Source of the DNA: Eledone cirrhosa
Taxonomy: Eukaryota
Reading direction: 5' to 3'
NCBI GenBank assembly: GCA_964016885.1
Contig: OZ024747.1
Coordinates: forward strand, 44,454,001 to 44,518,000
Length of the DNA: 64,000 bases
In this document: positions 43,407 to 57,590 of the stretch, one piece after another
Layout: the number at the start of each line of letters is the position of its first letter
Numbering within the stretch: position 1 is the first letter of the stretch
The notes under the pieces: generated by a model
Database searches by the model: none
What the model was told of the DNA's origin: nothing
What the model saw: the letters and a program-made list of their open reading frames with translations, nothing else
Program-made: the position numbers and the translations under genes

Positions 43407-45511
43407 TTAAAAGGGATGTGACCAGCAGGCATTAGTTGCATGTATACCAGGGATGTGACCAGTGGCATCACTGGTATGTTTACCAGGAATATGACCAGTG
43501 GTATAAGTGGTATGTATACCAGGAATATGGCCAGTAGCATCAGTGGTATGTATACCAGGAATATGACCAGTGGTATGTATACCAGGAATATGACCAGTAG
43601 CATCAGTGGTATGTATACCAGGAATATGATCAGTGGTATGTATACCAGGGATGTGACCAGTAGTATGTATACCAGGGATGTGACCAGTGGTATGTATACC
43701 AGGAATATGACCAGTAGCATCAGTGGTATGTATACCAGAGATATGACCAGTGGTATGTATACCAGGGATGTGACCAGTGGTATGTATACCAGGGATGTGA
43801 CCAGTGGTATGTATACCAGGAATATGACCAGTAGCATCAGTGGTATGTATACCAGAGATATGACCAGTGGTATGTATACCAGGGATGTGACCAGTGGTAT
43901 GTATACCAGGGATGTGACCAGTGGTATGTATACCAGGAATATGACCAGTGGTATAAGTGGTATGTATACCAGGAATATGACCAGTGGTATGAGTAGTATG
44001 TATACCAGGAATATGACCAGTGGTATAAGTGGTATGTATACCAGGAATATGACCAGTGGTATAAGTGGTATGCATACCAGGAATATGACCAGTGGTATAA
44101 GTGGTATGTATACCAGGAATATGACCACTGGTACCAGTGGTATGTTTACCAGGAATATGACCAGTGGTATAAGTGGTATGTATACCAGGAATATGACCAG
44201 TGGTATAAGTGGTATGCATACCAGGAATATGACCAGTGGTATAAGTGGTATGTATACCAGGAATATGACCACTGGTACCAGTGGTATGTTTACCAGGAAT
44301 ATGACCAGTGGTATCAGTGGTTTGTATACCAGGGATGTGTCCAGTGAGATCAGTAGTATGTATACCAGGAATATGACCAGTGGTATGAGTAGTATGTATA
44401 CCAGGAATATGACCAGTGGTATCAGTGGTATGTATACCAGGGATATGACCAGTGGTATGTATACCAGGAATATGACTAGTAACCTCAGTGGTATGTATAC
44501 CAGGCATGTGTCCAGTGAGATCAGTAGTATGTATACCAGGAATATGACCAGTGGTATGAGTAGTATGTATACCAGGAATATGACCAGTGGCATCAGTGGT
44601 ATGTATACCAGGAATATGACCAGTGGCATCAGTGGTATGTATGCCAGGGATATGACCAGTGGCATGAGTAGTATGTATACCAGGAATATGACCAGTGGCA
44701 TCAGTGGTATGTATACCAGGGATATGACCAGTGGCATGAGTAGTATGTATACCAGGAATATGACCAGTGGCATCAGTGGTATGTATACCAGGAATATGAC
44801 CAGTGGCATCAGTGGTATGTATGCCAGGAATATGACCAGTGGCATCAGTGGTATGTATACCAGGAATATGACCTGTGGCATCAGTGGTATGTATACCAGG
44901 AATATGACCTGTGGCATCAGTGGTATGTATACCAGGAATATGACCTGTGGCATCAGTGGTATGTATGCCAGGAATATGTCCAGTGGCATCAGTGGTATGT
45001 ATACCAGGAATATGACCTGTGGCATCAGTGGTATGTATACCAGGAATATGACCTGTGGCATCAGTGGTATGTATACCAGGAATATGACCAGTGGTATCAG
45101 TGGTATGTATACCAGGAATATGACCAGTGGCATCAGTGGTATTTATACCAGCAATGTGACCAGTGGTATCAGTGGTATGTATACCAGGAATATGACCAGT
45201 GGTATCAGTGGTATGTATACCAGGAATATGACCAGTGGTATCAGTGGTATGTATGCCAGGAATATGACCAGTGGTATCAGTGGTATGTATACCAGGAATA
45301 TGACCAGTGGTATCAGTGGTATGTATGCCAGGAATATGACCAGTGGTATCAGTGGTATTTATACCAGGAATATGACCAGTGGTATCAGTGGTATTTATAC
45401 CAGGGATGTGACCAGTGGTATCAGTGGTATGTATACCAGGGATATGACCAGTGGTATCAGTAGTATGTATACCAGGAATGTGTCTAGTCGCATCAGTGGT
45501 ATGTATGCCAC
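43407..45511 (-). CDS. Candidate large exon encoding a His/Thr/Gly/Ile/Pro-rich tandem-repeat protein, (GHIPGIHTT[DAT/DTT/YTT/HTT])n
   Basis: The minus frame is stop-free from 45533 to TAA at 43407-43409; the track shows only the part from the first ATG at 44507. Units are 36 or 27 bp. Many common variants are synonymous in this frame (ATT/ATC, CAT/CAC, ACC/ACT, ACT/ACA, GGT/GGC/GGA, GCC/GCT). Candidate phase-1 acceptor ctgtatccag|GT at 45512/45511. No upstream exon or start codon identified. Confidence 0.55.
43412..45510. repeat. 36-bp/27-bp minisatellite, about 60 units, with higher-order duplications
   Basis: Consensus accaggaatatgaccagtggYatcagtggtatgtat; short units lack one 9-bp sub-repeat. 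Confidence 0.98.
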
Positions 45512-47765
45512 CTGGATACAGGTTGAAGCTTAATCAACCTCGTTTGGACCACCTGGATGAGGGTGTGTGCTGTAACACCCAAAAGACCCAGTAACTCCAG
45601 GTTAGAATATTGATGGTGTGTCCCAGGTTTTCAATCCATAGATGTGTGAAGAACTTTGTAGGAATTCTAAATCTAAATTTAAGGTTATAAACATATAATT
45701 ACTAATTATTCTATGTTAAATCAAATTAATGTAGTTAATGATCACCAGCTGATTAAGCTCCTCTTACAAAAACAAAAAAACAAAAACACACAAAAAAAAA
45801 CCCCAACTATTTTCAGGAAATATACAAATAAAAAAATTCTGCCAAATTATCCGATTAGAAGTAATAGAATATCTATTTTGAAATATAAAAAAAAATATGT
45901 AGAATAAATAGAATAAAGTATTTTAAAAAAGCTGATATTGGAAACATGTCAAGAAAACAGAGGTTTAAAATTGGAACATTTTTATATAAAAATCAATGAT
46001 AAATGATTACATAGTGAAAGTAATAGAGCAAACATTTTGCTTGGACTGTACCTTATAAGTAGAAAGTTATTTTAACCCTTCTGATACCAAACCACCTGAT
46101 ATACAAAACTGTTTATATTCATATAAAAACCATCCATCACAATTTTTCATAAAAAAACCTTTGTAAAGTTTACTCCAATGAAAGAAAATTCATAACGAAG
46201 AATTTAGTTTTAATAATAAATTCCTTAAAGTTTTTGATTATTTTAAAAACTTATTTGAAAATCACAGGCAGTACCTTTCGTTAGAAATATGGTAATGAAA
46301 TGGTTAATCAACTTTTGAAGCATGATAGGTAATATAGGACTGAAGCAGTCTAAATATTAAAACTATTTGTTTCAAGACCATATTTCTAATGAACGACACT
46401 CCCTCTAATTTTTCAATAATTTTGAAAATAATAAAGTATTTTAAGGGATTTAGTAAAATAACTTTCTCATAATTAACCTGGTGTTTGGAACATAACATAA
46501 CAAAGATTCTTCCATAAAATTATGAAAGAAGGCTTTGAAAGAAATATAAACACCTTAAAATAAACAGTTTTGTATCATAGAACCAGGGACAGATTCGGGT
46601 GGTTTGATATCACACAGCTCACTATTCAAAACTTTTACTTAGTTCAACTTGGAACTAATTATCTGACTGCCCCCAAATTACCTAAAATCCTGAAATTATT
46701 GAAAAATTTGAAATTGTTGAATAATAAAATTATTTTTCATCAGAATTGATAACATTTAAAGTAATGAACATACATTAAGTTAAATTTAAACAGTTAACAA
46801 TATAATTATTAAATTAATTTAATAAGAACATGTTAAGCTGAGTATAAAATGGGTTTTAGTTTACTTCAAATTGAAGTTATAATAATAAGAATATTAATAA
46901 TAATAATGATCGTATTTCTTCTAAAATAACAGAAAAATATATACAGTAAGAAATGTAGTACTAACAAGATATAATTCTTATAAGTAAAAAAATGATTTTT
47001 TTCTCGGTGAAAGAATAGAGTCTCTCTCACTATCATTACTTTATCAGTGTATAGATGGGTTCAATAAATCTAACTCTTGTTACCATAATCAAAAATTTTA
47101 AAGGGAATAATAAATTAAATAATTTTCTTCTTATTAATCTGTTTGGAGAATAACAAAGTTACTTTCATTATATCATGATGGAATACAGTGTTATAAAAAT
47201 AAGCAGTTTTGTATTGTAAACCCAGGGGTAGTTCTACGTGGTTGCGTATCAAAATCATTTGACACTTGTGACATACTACAACAAAAATCATAAGTAATGG
47301 TATTCGAGTTCAAATATGTAAAAAGTTGTATGAATATACTATAAAGTATATGCACCAACATCATTCTCTCAATAAAATACACGGCCTTGTCATGTTTGAA
47401 AAATATTCTATGAATTTGGGAGATGGAAAATAAAAATGAAAATTATGAAAAAGTAGAGAAAACTGGACTTTTCATATTAATTTGAAATAATATATATGTA
47501 ATTTTTATTAAAACAAATTAAATGTTTATAATAATATGTATAACAAAATTATCTAATCAACAGAGACGGATTGTTACTTTGAACAATGTAAAGAAATCTT
47601 AAGAATATGTTTTCATAATAGTTATAACAATTTTAAAACAACTCTATTTAATTGTCTGATGTATATTCCTAAATTATAAACATTATATGTATATAAACAT
47701 ACATTTACATGAATGTTTCTGCAAGTGTGGATGTGTGTGAGCAAGATGTGCAAAGTATTTCCACA

Positions 47766-47802
<37 letters not shown>

Positions 47803-47985
47803 CAAATATATGATATAAATATAATATATATATATAGATACACACACACATATATATATAATACACACACACACATATATATATATACTATATACACACT
47901 CACATACATATATATATATAATATATATACACACACACACATATAAATATATTTAAAGCATATACATAATATAAATATAATATAA

Positions 47986-48017
<32 letters not shown>

Positions 48018-48514
48018 ATAAATGTAAATACATATATATGTGTGTGTATAACAAATATATATATGTATAACAAATATATATATATATATATATAAACAAT
48101 TATATATTTATTATATATATAAACATATATATATATATATACATATAGATACATACACATATGCTAACACACACACACACATATATGTCGAAAATGAAAT
48201 TTTCTATGTTTAATTAAAAATAACGAAACAATATATCCTATTAAAATTACTAGTTAATCTAACTAATATGAGTGACATCCATACTAAATATAAACTTAAT
48301 AATATACAAACTAAAATACAAAATAATTCAAATTGATTCCCTAATATATTTTATGAGCTACCTGTTGCTGTGGAAGTCAGATTTTAAATGATGAAGATGA
48401 TTTCTTCAATAAGATTTAATAACTTATTACATGAAAATAAAAGGCCTTGGTATAGGTTTGTGTGTGTGTATGTATGTATATATATATGTGTGTGTGTATG
48501 TATATATATATATA

Positions 48515-48623
<109 letters not shown>

Positions 48624-48661
48624 ATATATATATACATGTATATATATATATATATACATGT

Positions 48662-48699
<38 letters not shown>

Positions 48700-49068
48700 A
48701 TGTATGTATATATATATATGTATGTATACATCGTTCCCCTCCCCTCACTCTCAAAAACGTGAACCTAATAAACTCATATTTGTACTGCCTCTCTGTTTTT
48801 GTTCCTGTCTAAGATTTAACTATATATATATATATATATATGTATATATCTATATATGTATATATATATATTTATATATATGTATATATACATATATATA
48901 TATGAACATACATATATATACATATAAACATACATATATATATATACATACATATATATACACATATATATATATATACACACAGACATATATATACATA
49001 TATATATATATATACATATATATATACATATATATATGCATATGTATATATATATATAAACACATACA

Positions 49069-49120
<52 letters not shown>

Positions 49121-49260
49121 CACACATACAAACATATATATATATATATATACATATACACACACATACAAACATATATATGAATGTATTAAAATATATA
49201 TATAGACCCCATGTCAAACCAAGGGTAACCTTTAAATAATATCAACAACTTACTACGTCA

Positions 49261-49312
49261 CCTTGCATACCTGATGATTTCATATGAATGAAAAGGTTCT
49301 AGTCATGTAGGA
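49261..49312 (+). ncRNA. Variant hammerhead-like motif
   Basis: CCUUGCAUAC-CUGAUGA-U-UUC-AUAU-GAA-U-GAAAAGGUUCUA-GUCAUGUAGG. The core is intact, stem I is bulged and stem III is non-canonical. Relatives at about 41215-41275 and 51720-51775 (minus). Confidence 0.5.
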
Positions 49313-49424
49313 GCCATTTTTATATTATGTATATATATATATATATATATATTTACATAAATACTCACACACACACATACACAGATATAGATATATATAT
49401 ATAAATACATAAACATATATATCA

Positions 49425-49458
<34 letters not shown>

Positions 49459-49480
49459 CATAAACATATATATCAATTAT

Positions 49481-49513
<33 letters not shown>

Positions 49514-49515
<2 letters not shown>

Positions 49516-49700
49516 CCAGTAAGACCCCGACAGCTGAGCTCAAGCCGTTTCAACGGCTAATTCAGTCCAGAATTAGCCGTCGAAACGGCTTGAGCTCAGC
49601 TGTCGGGGTCTTACTGGTTCCTATTACCCACTCTACTACCTCAAGTATTGAGTACTTTGGTGCGTTATGGTCCACCTGGTTCCTTACCACATTTCCTTTG

Positions 49701-49702
<2 letters not shown>
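49514..49702. mobile_element. Family F1 fold-back copy in the opposite orientation
   Basis: gaaccagtaagaccccgacagc...gctgtcggggtcttactggttc with turn ggctaattc-agtcca-gaattagcc. Confidence 0.75.
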
Positions 49703-49757
<55 letters not shown>

Positions 49758-49825
49758 TATATATATATATATAGAAGCGTATTTATATATGTATAAGTGT
49801 ATATAAATAGATATAAATAGATATA

Positions 49826-50115
49826 TTTCTTTATTTGCCACAGGGGTGTATAAAAATGGGACATTACAAGACATGACAGCAGGGGTTTTACATAAAAACC
49901 ATGTAACTCTAACATTAATAAATAACAATAAACTATGTATAATAAAATAACAATTGAAATCCCCGATAGGGGGGAATGTTACTGCAGGGTTGTTTTACAC
50001 CCCCTGGATAGAACAACTCTCAACACCAGGAACACGTTTTGTAGGTGTTGCTCTCTTCCCTCCTCTTCCTCAACCTACAGGTTTATATACAGAGAAGGCC
50101 CATTCACTCGGGCCA
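49826..50115 (-). mobile_element. Probable L1/Tx1-like LINE ORF end and 3' UTR
   Basis: Minus strand reads ARVNGPSLYINL*, then ttccccctatcggggattt and cccctgtggcaaataaagaaat. Confidence 0.55.
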
Positions 50116-50132
50116 TATAGATAGATAGATAG

Positions 50133-50186
<54 letters not shown>

Positions 50187-50339
50187 ATGTGGTTGATGGC
50201 TGAGAGAGAGTACTCAATACGGAAGTAGAGTTTTAATATTCATTATTATTAACGCTAAGAAGTGAGTCCTGTTACTCTGGAGTTTCACCTGTTTGTCACC
50301 GAGTAACAAAACTTTTTAGCTTCAATAATAATGAATATA

Positions 50340-51414
<1,075 letters not shown>

Positions 51415-51425
51415 GTGTATATATA

Positions 51426-51522
51426 TAGGAAAAAGTTTGACCCTGACGGCAGAGCTTGAGCCGTTTCAACGGCTATTTCTGGTGCGTTATGGTCCATCTG
51501 GTTCCTCACCACACTTCCTTTG
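51426..51522. mobile_element. Family F1 copy with an internal inversion
   Basis: Forward segment ending ggctatttctgg is joined to the inverted other end (tgcgttatggtccatctggttcctcaccacacttcc). Confidence 0.65.
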
Positions 51523-51529
51523 TTTACTG

Positions 51530-51700
51530 TAGCACCGGCTCAGAGCAGGAGAGTTAAGGCGAAAAAGGTATCAGATGCTGAATTTGTTAACGACATAGTT
51601 TTGGTGACAAATACAGTGAAGGAGGCAGAGGATTTGAAGCAGGAGGTTAAAGACTGTGTCGATGAGTGTGGGGCTGAGAATGAATGAGACTAAAACAAAA
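51530..51700 (+). mobile_element. LINE reverse-transcriptase fragment (RTE-like)
   Basis: RVKAKKVSDAEFVNDIVLVTNTVKEAEDLKQEV then GLRMNETKTK, a decayed FADD motif region. Confidence 0.7.
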
Positions 51701-51885
51701 TATATATATATATATATAATATAGAAATGGCTTCTGCAGGACTAGAACTTTTCCATTTACCAGAAATCATCAGGAATTGAGTACCTTACTTACTGTGGTT
51801 ATCCCTGATTGAACCCAGGATAAACTTCATCATCATCATAATCATCAACATCATCATCATCATCATATATATATATATGTATATA

Positions 51886-51917
<32 letters not shown>

Positions 51918-52441
51918 CAAAAACATATAGTAATAATAATAAATTCGAAGACTAAAATCCAAAGAGGGCTCGATAAGGATAAATATATATCAAATATATA
52001 AGAACCGTAGTGCAAATATTTATTAAAATAAGAGATTAAAGTTTAAGCAAAGAATCGCTGCTTTCACCCTTAACGGGATCTTCTGAAACTCAAATATATA
52101 TATATATACATATCATCAACAGCATAGTTTTATGCACGTACATATGTATATATGTATATATAGGCACACAGACACACACACAGCACAAGAGGCTATTTTC
52201 CGTGTTAAAGCAGGTAAAACAGTGCAAAACATGTGTTCTGCATCAACAGGGTCCATTTTCAAGCAATACTTCACGCAAGATGCCCGATATTATAAGTCAA
52301 TGATGTACAAGGATATAGTGTATTTATTCTCAAGAAGCACAACACATTTCATAAATATGTATATTTAGTGGATTTAGTATATATATATAGATATACATAT
52401 ATATATACATATTAAATATATATATATATATATATATATAC

Positions 52442-52488
<47 letters not shown>

Positions 52489-52665
52489 TGTATGTATGTA
52501 TGCATATATATGTGTATATATATACATATATATATATATAATTTACATATATATACATATATATATATTTATTAAAATAACAGATTAAAGTTTAAGCAAA
52601 GAATCGCTGCTTTCACCCTTAACAGGATCTTCTGAAATTATTATTATTATTATTACTATATATAT

Positions 52666-52817
<152 letters not shown>

Positions 52818-52948
52818 CATATATATATACACATATATATATATACATATATATATATACACATATATATATACACATATATATATACACATATATATAT
52901 ACACATATATATACATATACATATACACATATATATATATATATATAA

Positions 52949-52989
<41 letters not shown>

Positions 52990-53427
52990 TGCACACTTAA
53001 TATATAAACATTCATATCATATATATACACAGGTAATATATATATGTATATACGCATAATATATAAAAATTTATATTATAAACATCTTACATACCTATAC
53101 ATATATATATGCTGAATAAGACCCGTCCAACCCTTGCAAGCAGGGAAAAGCGGACGTAAAATGATGAGGATGATGATGATGATGATGATATGCATATCTA
53201 TATATCTATCCATCTATACATATCTAAATATAATATATATATATATAATAATATATATTACATATACACATATATACATTACTACGCGTTCCAGCCAACA
53301 GGCTGAGGCCAGTATATATATATATATATATATGCATATATATATATGTGTGTGTACATATATATATATATATACATACACATATATATATACACACACA
53401 CACACATATATATATATAGAGATAGAT

Positions 53428-53467
<40 letters not shown>

Positions 53468-53899
53468 TCACACACATATATATAATTATACACAGATATA
53501 TATATATACATATATACACACATATATATATACACACACATTTATATATATATACACATATATATGTATAAATAAACATATGTATATATACATACACACA
53601 CACATATATATATATACATTTATACACATATATATACATATATATATATGTGTGTGTACACATATATATATACATGTATATATATATATATAGATAGATA
53701 GATACACACATATATATATATATATATAGATAGATACACACATATATATATTTATACACAGATATATATATATACATATATACACACACACACATATATA
53801 TACACATATATACACACACATTTATATATATATATACATATATATGTATAAATAAACATATATATATACACACACACATATATATATACATATATACAC

Positions 53900-53943
<44 letters not shown>

Positions 53944-54017
53944 ACATATATATATATACATACACACACACATATATATATACACACACACACACATATA
54001 TATATACATATATACAC

Positions 54018-54053
<36 letters not shown>

Positions 54054-54094
54054 ATGTATATATATATATATATTTATATGTATATATATATATG

Positions 54095-54187
<93 letters not shown>

Positions 54188-54188
54188 A

Positions 54189-54377
54189 ATGAAGGAGGTG
54201 TGGTAAGGAACTAGATGGACCATAATGCACCAGACCAGAGTACTCAATACTTAGGGTACTACAATGAGTAATAGGAAAAAGTTTAACCCCGACGGCAGAG
54301 CTCAAGCTGTTTCGACGGCTATTTCTGGAAATAGCCGTCGAAACGGCTTGAGCTCTGCCGTCGGGGTTAAATATTCT

Positions 54378-54380
<3 letters not shown>
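54189..54380. mobile_element. Family F1 fold-back copy
   Basis: ttaaccccgacggcagagctc...gagctctgccgtcggggttaa with turn ggctatttc-tg-gaaatagcc. Confidence 0.75.
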
Positions 54381-54450
<70 letters not shown>

Positions 54451-54609
54451 TATATCATTATCTTCATCATCACTGTTTAACTTCCATTCTTCCACACTAG
54501 CGTAGGTTAGATGACTTGTCCCATTGTGTGATATATCAGGTCCGATAACCATGTCTTGCTCATACAGAATAGATTTTATCTTGGTTTCTATGGCTGGATG
54601 CCCTTCCTA

Positions 54610-54845
54610 ACACCAACCACATTTACTGTCTGCACTGGGTGCTTTTTGTTGTGACATCTACACAACCACTTTCCTATGTGGCCGGAGTGCTGTTTGTCAT
54701 GACACATGTATGACCACTTTACAATGTGGGCTGGGACCTTTTTGTTGTGACACCTACACAACCACTTTGCAGTGTGTGTTGGGTGATTTTTGTTGTGACA
54801 CCTACACAACCACTTTACAGTGTGGGTTGGCCGCTTTTTGTTGTG
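54610..54845. repeat. About 48-bp tandem amplification of a SINE-internal segment
   Basis: aaccactttacagtgtg..tgggtgctttttgttgtgacacctacac, about 5 copies, following tggctggatgcccttcctaacacc. Confidence 0.8.
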
Positions 54846-55220
54846 CCCTCATCATGCTCAATTTATAGGGTGGGGGAGATGTGCAGGCATTGGAGAGGTG
54901 GGCAGAGGGTCATGTGTGAGGGGCAGCTGCCATCACGACCACTTTACTGGGGTCTTTGGTGGGGGAAGTGGTTATATGGGCATGTGGGAAGGGTGGTGTG
55001 TTAGGGCGTGGGAGGTGTGTGGAAGTGGAGATTGAGGTGAAGGTGATACATATGAGATGTATGCTTCAGCCTGTGTTTATTGGACGGTAGGCCTTCTGTA
55101 ATACTGCATAGCACCAAAGATCTTGATCCTGTGTCATCATCTTTGAGAGGTGCAATTGTGCAAGGTCATCTTTTATCACCTCATCCCAAGTCTTCCTACC
55201 CCTTAGCTTCGATCAACTTT

Positions 55221-55271
<51 letters not shown>

Positions 55272-55659
55272 GATATATAATGCTATACCTTTAGGGTGCC
55301 CATATACACAGAATGCTCAGCCACTTCCACATTAATTTCAATAGCAGGCCGTTCGATTGACTGAATCAATTGAGGTGTCCACATATATATATATATATTA
55401 TATATATAGGTAGATAGATAGATAGAAAAAAAGAGAGAAAAAGAAAGAAGGGATGGTGGGTAAAAACCCGACTGCAACTTCAGCTTGTAATAGGAACAGA
55501 CTGTAAAAGGCTTGACAAATATAAGCCAAAACCACTAGGCATCACAGTTGGGTTTTTACCTTCTCCACCCAATCTGCTTTCTTCCCATACATAGAGTACT
55601 CCTCTGATTTGTGCTCTCCCCCATATATTTGTGTGTGTATGTGTGTGTGTATATACATA

Positions 55660-56220
55660 CACATGGGTTGGATGGGTCTTTCTCAGTATAGCATCTCTCC
55701 TCTTGTCGTGTTCCTTTATCATCTTTGTGTGCTTCAGTGATTTGAGATCAGCTCTCACCTACTCCATCCAGGCCTTCCGTTATTGCAGCTGCCTTCCACT
55801 GGGATTACTTGGTACTTCTTCACTCAGGGATCATCATCCATGCACATCACATGTCCATAACAACACAGTCGCCTCTCCTGCACACTACATTTAATTTCTC
55901 TTATACCCACTTTCTCTCTCAGTTCATCCATGCTTTCTCATTCTTGCACATTATTGCACATCTTTCGAAACATGTTTGTCTCTTTTCTCTCCAGTTTTTG
56001 CATGTCCTGTCTGTTCCCTACCCATATCTCGCTACCATGCAGCATCACACTTTACACACAGGTGTCATACAACCTTTCATTTATAGAGGGAAACCTTTTT
56101 GTTAGCAGGGGAAGCAGCTACCTAAACTTCTTCCATCTTGTCCTTATTCTAGCTACTATGCACCCTTCTCCATTGCTAATTATATCACCTACGAAACAGA
56201 AGCTATCAGATACTTCTAAG
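55660..56220 (-). mobile_element. Decayed RTE LINE 3' region
   Basis: Reverse complement is homologous to 34063-34300 (tatggacatgtgatgtgcatggatgatga; gagctgatctcaaatcactgaagc). Confidence 0.8.
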
Positions 56221-57590
56221 TTTATATCATCTATTTTATTATTAGTAGTAGCACTCTCACACTCAATTAAACCTGAACATCTACATACAACAATATATAT
56301 AACAGGAGTGGTTGCAATGTAAATAGAGTTAAATATTTAGACATCACCACCAAAATAAATGTTTTGGTAATGACAAGGTTTTACAATAAAAGTGGGGATT
56401 GTAGATTTGGGAAAGCTTCAATGCCCTTTGCCACTGGCTGTATACCCATGTTATGGGTTAGAACATGTTTTCTAGCCAAATATTAAAGTACAGTAGAAAT
56501 AGTAACCAAGTTTAAATTTTTATAGAGGAAGTAATGAATCTATTTAGACAATTGGTTAGATAAGGGATTGGTAGAAAATCGATGAGGTGATTTTGTCATA
56601 GCCTCAAGGGAAGAGATTTTAGGAGGTTTAGGGGCTATTTCCAGCTTGTAGTTGAGTAGGATATGGCTAAATATCAGGAACAAAGGTACATAGAGTAGTG
56701 CTATATAGTCAGCAGGAATACTGAGGTACATACAGAGTAGTGCTATATAGCCAGTAGGAATACTGAGGTACATATAGAGTAGTGCTATATAGCCAGTAGG
56801 AATACTGAGGTACATATAGAGCAGTGCTATAGACAGCAGGAATACCATGCAGCATCATACTTCACACACAGGCATCATATAATCCATTCGGTTTTTAGAA
56901 TAGTTACACCATATCTTTGCATTTCATAAGAGGCACCTAAATGGGTTGGTGTTAGGAAGGGCATCCAGCTATAAAACGGTGTCACAAAATATCTCGCCCA
57001 ACTCATGCCAGCATGAAAAAGTGGGCAACAAAACAATGATGATGATAATGCGTGTATAGATACAAACATGCATGTATGCATACATACACACATACTCACA
57101 TGCACGCATGCACACACACACGCACACACACACACATGTACACAAGTTAAACTTGGCTATAAGCTAATGAAAGAAACTGAGTAATTTCATGCTTGGCCAT
57201 AATTAGCTGTAACAACATGGCTATAGTTGTTAAAGAAGAAGGAGAGAACTGAAAGTTTGTTGTAAGCATGAAAAAAGAGAAGTTTGCATCTTTTTCAATA
57301 AATCTGTATGAATAAAAGGCAAAACAAAAACTCTTATCTCCTACAAGACAATCAATCCCCATTAATAGAGAAAGATTTTTTCTTTCTCAACTCCTATAAT
57401 GGATTCATTTTAATCAATTTCTTTTTAACAAACCAAACCAACTTTATATGGGGAAGGAAAATCAAATGGAAATGTAAGAAAAAAAATTTGGAAAAACAGA
57501 AAAAATATTTTATCAAATGTACATCTTGATATGAAGAGAAGCTGTATTCTGCATCAGTGGAATTTATTTGAAAGGTTGGTTTATGACGAA

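Noticed and set aside
43400-45133. 577-aa hydrophobic ORF (PLVIFLVYIPLM)n
   Set aside because: The same frame is broken by TAA stops in upstream units, and the common variants cause radical changes (F/S, V/D, L/Q).
43440-45533. 697-aa plus-strand ORF (MYTRNMTSGISG)n, superficially reflectin-like in Met/Tyr/Arg content
   Set aside because: It is the codon-aligned antisense of the His-rich frame and stays open because that frame lacks TTA, CTA and TCA codons. Most variant types are non-synonymous in it, and it has no reflectin motif. It is not fully excluded without stranded RNA data.
52045-52090. Hammerhead at minus-strand CAGAAGA-UCCC-GUUAA-GGGU-GAAA
   Set aside because: The core reads CAGA rather than CUGA, and no convincing stem I, stem III or NUH is present; at most a relic.
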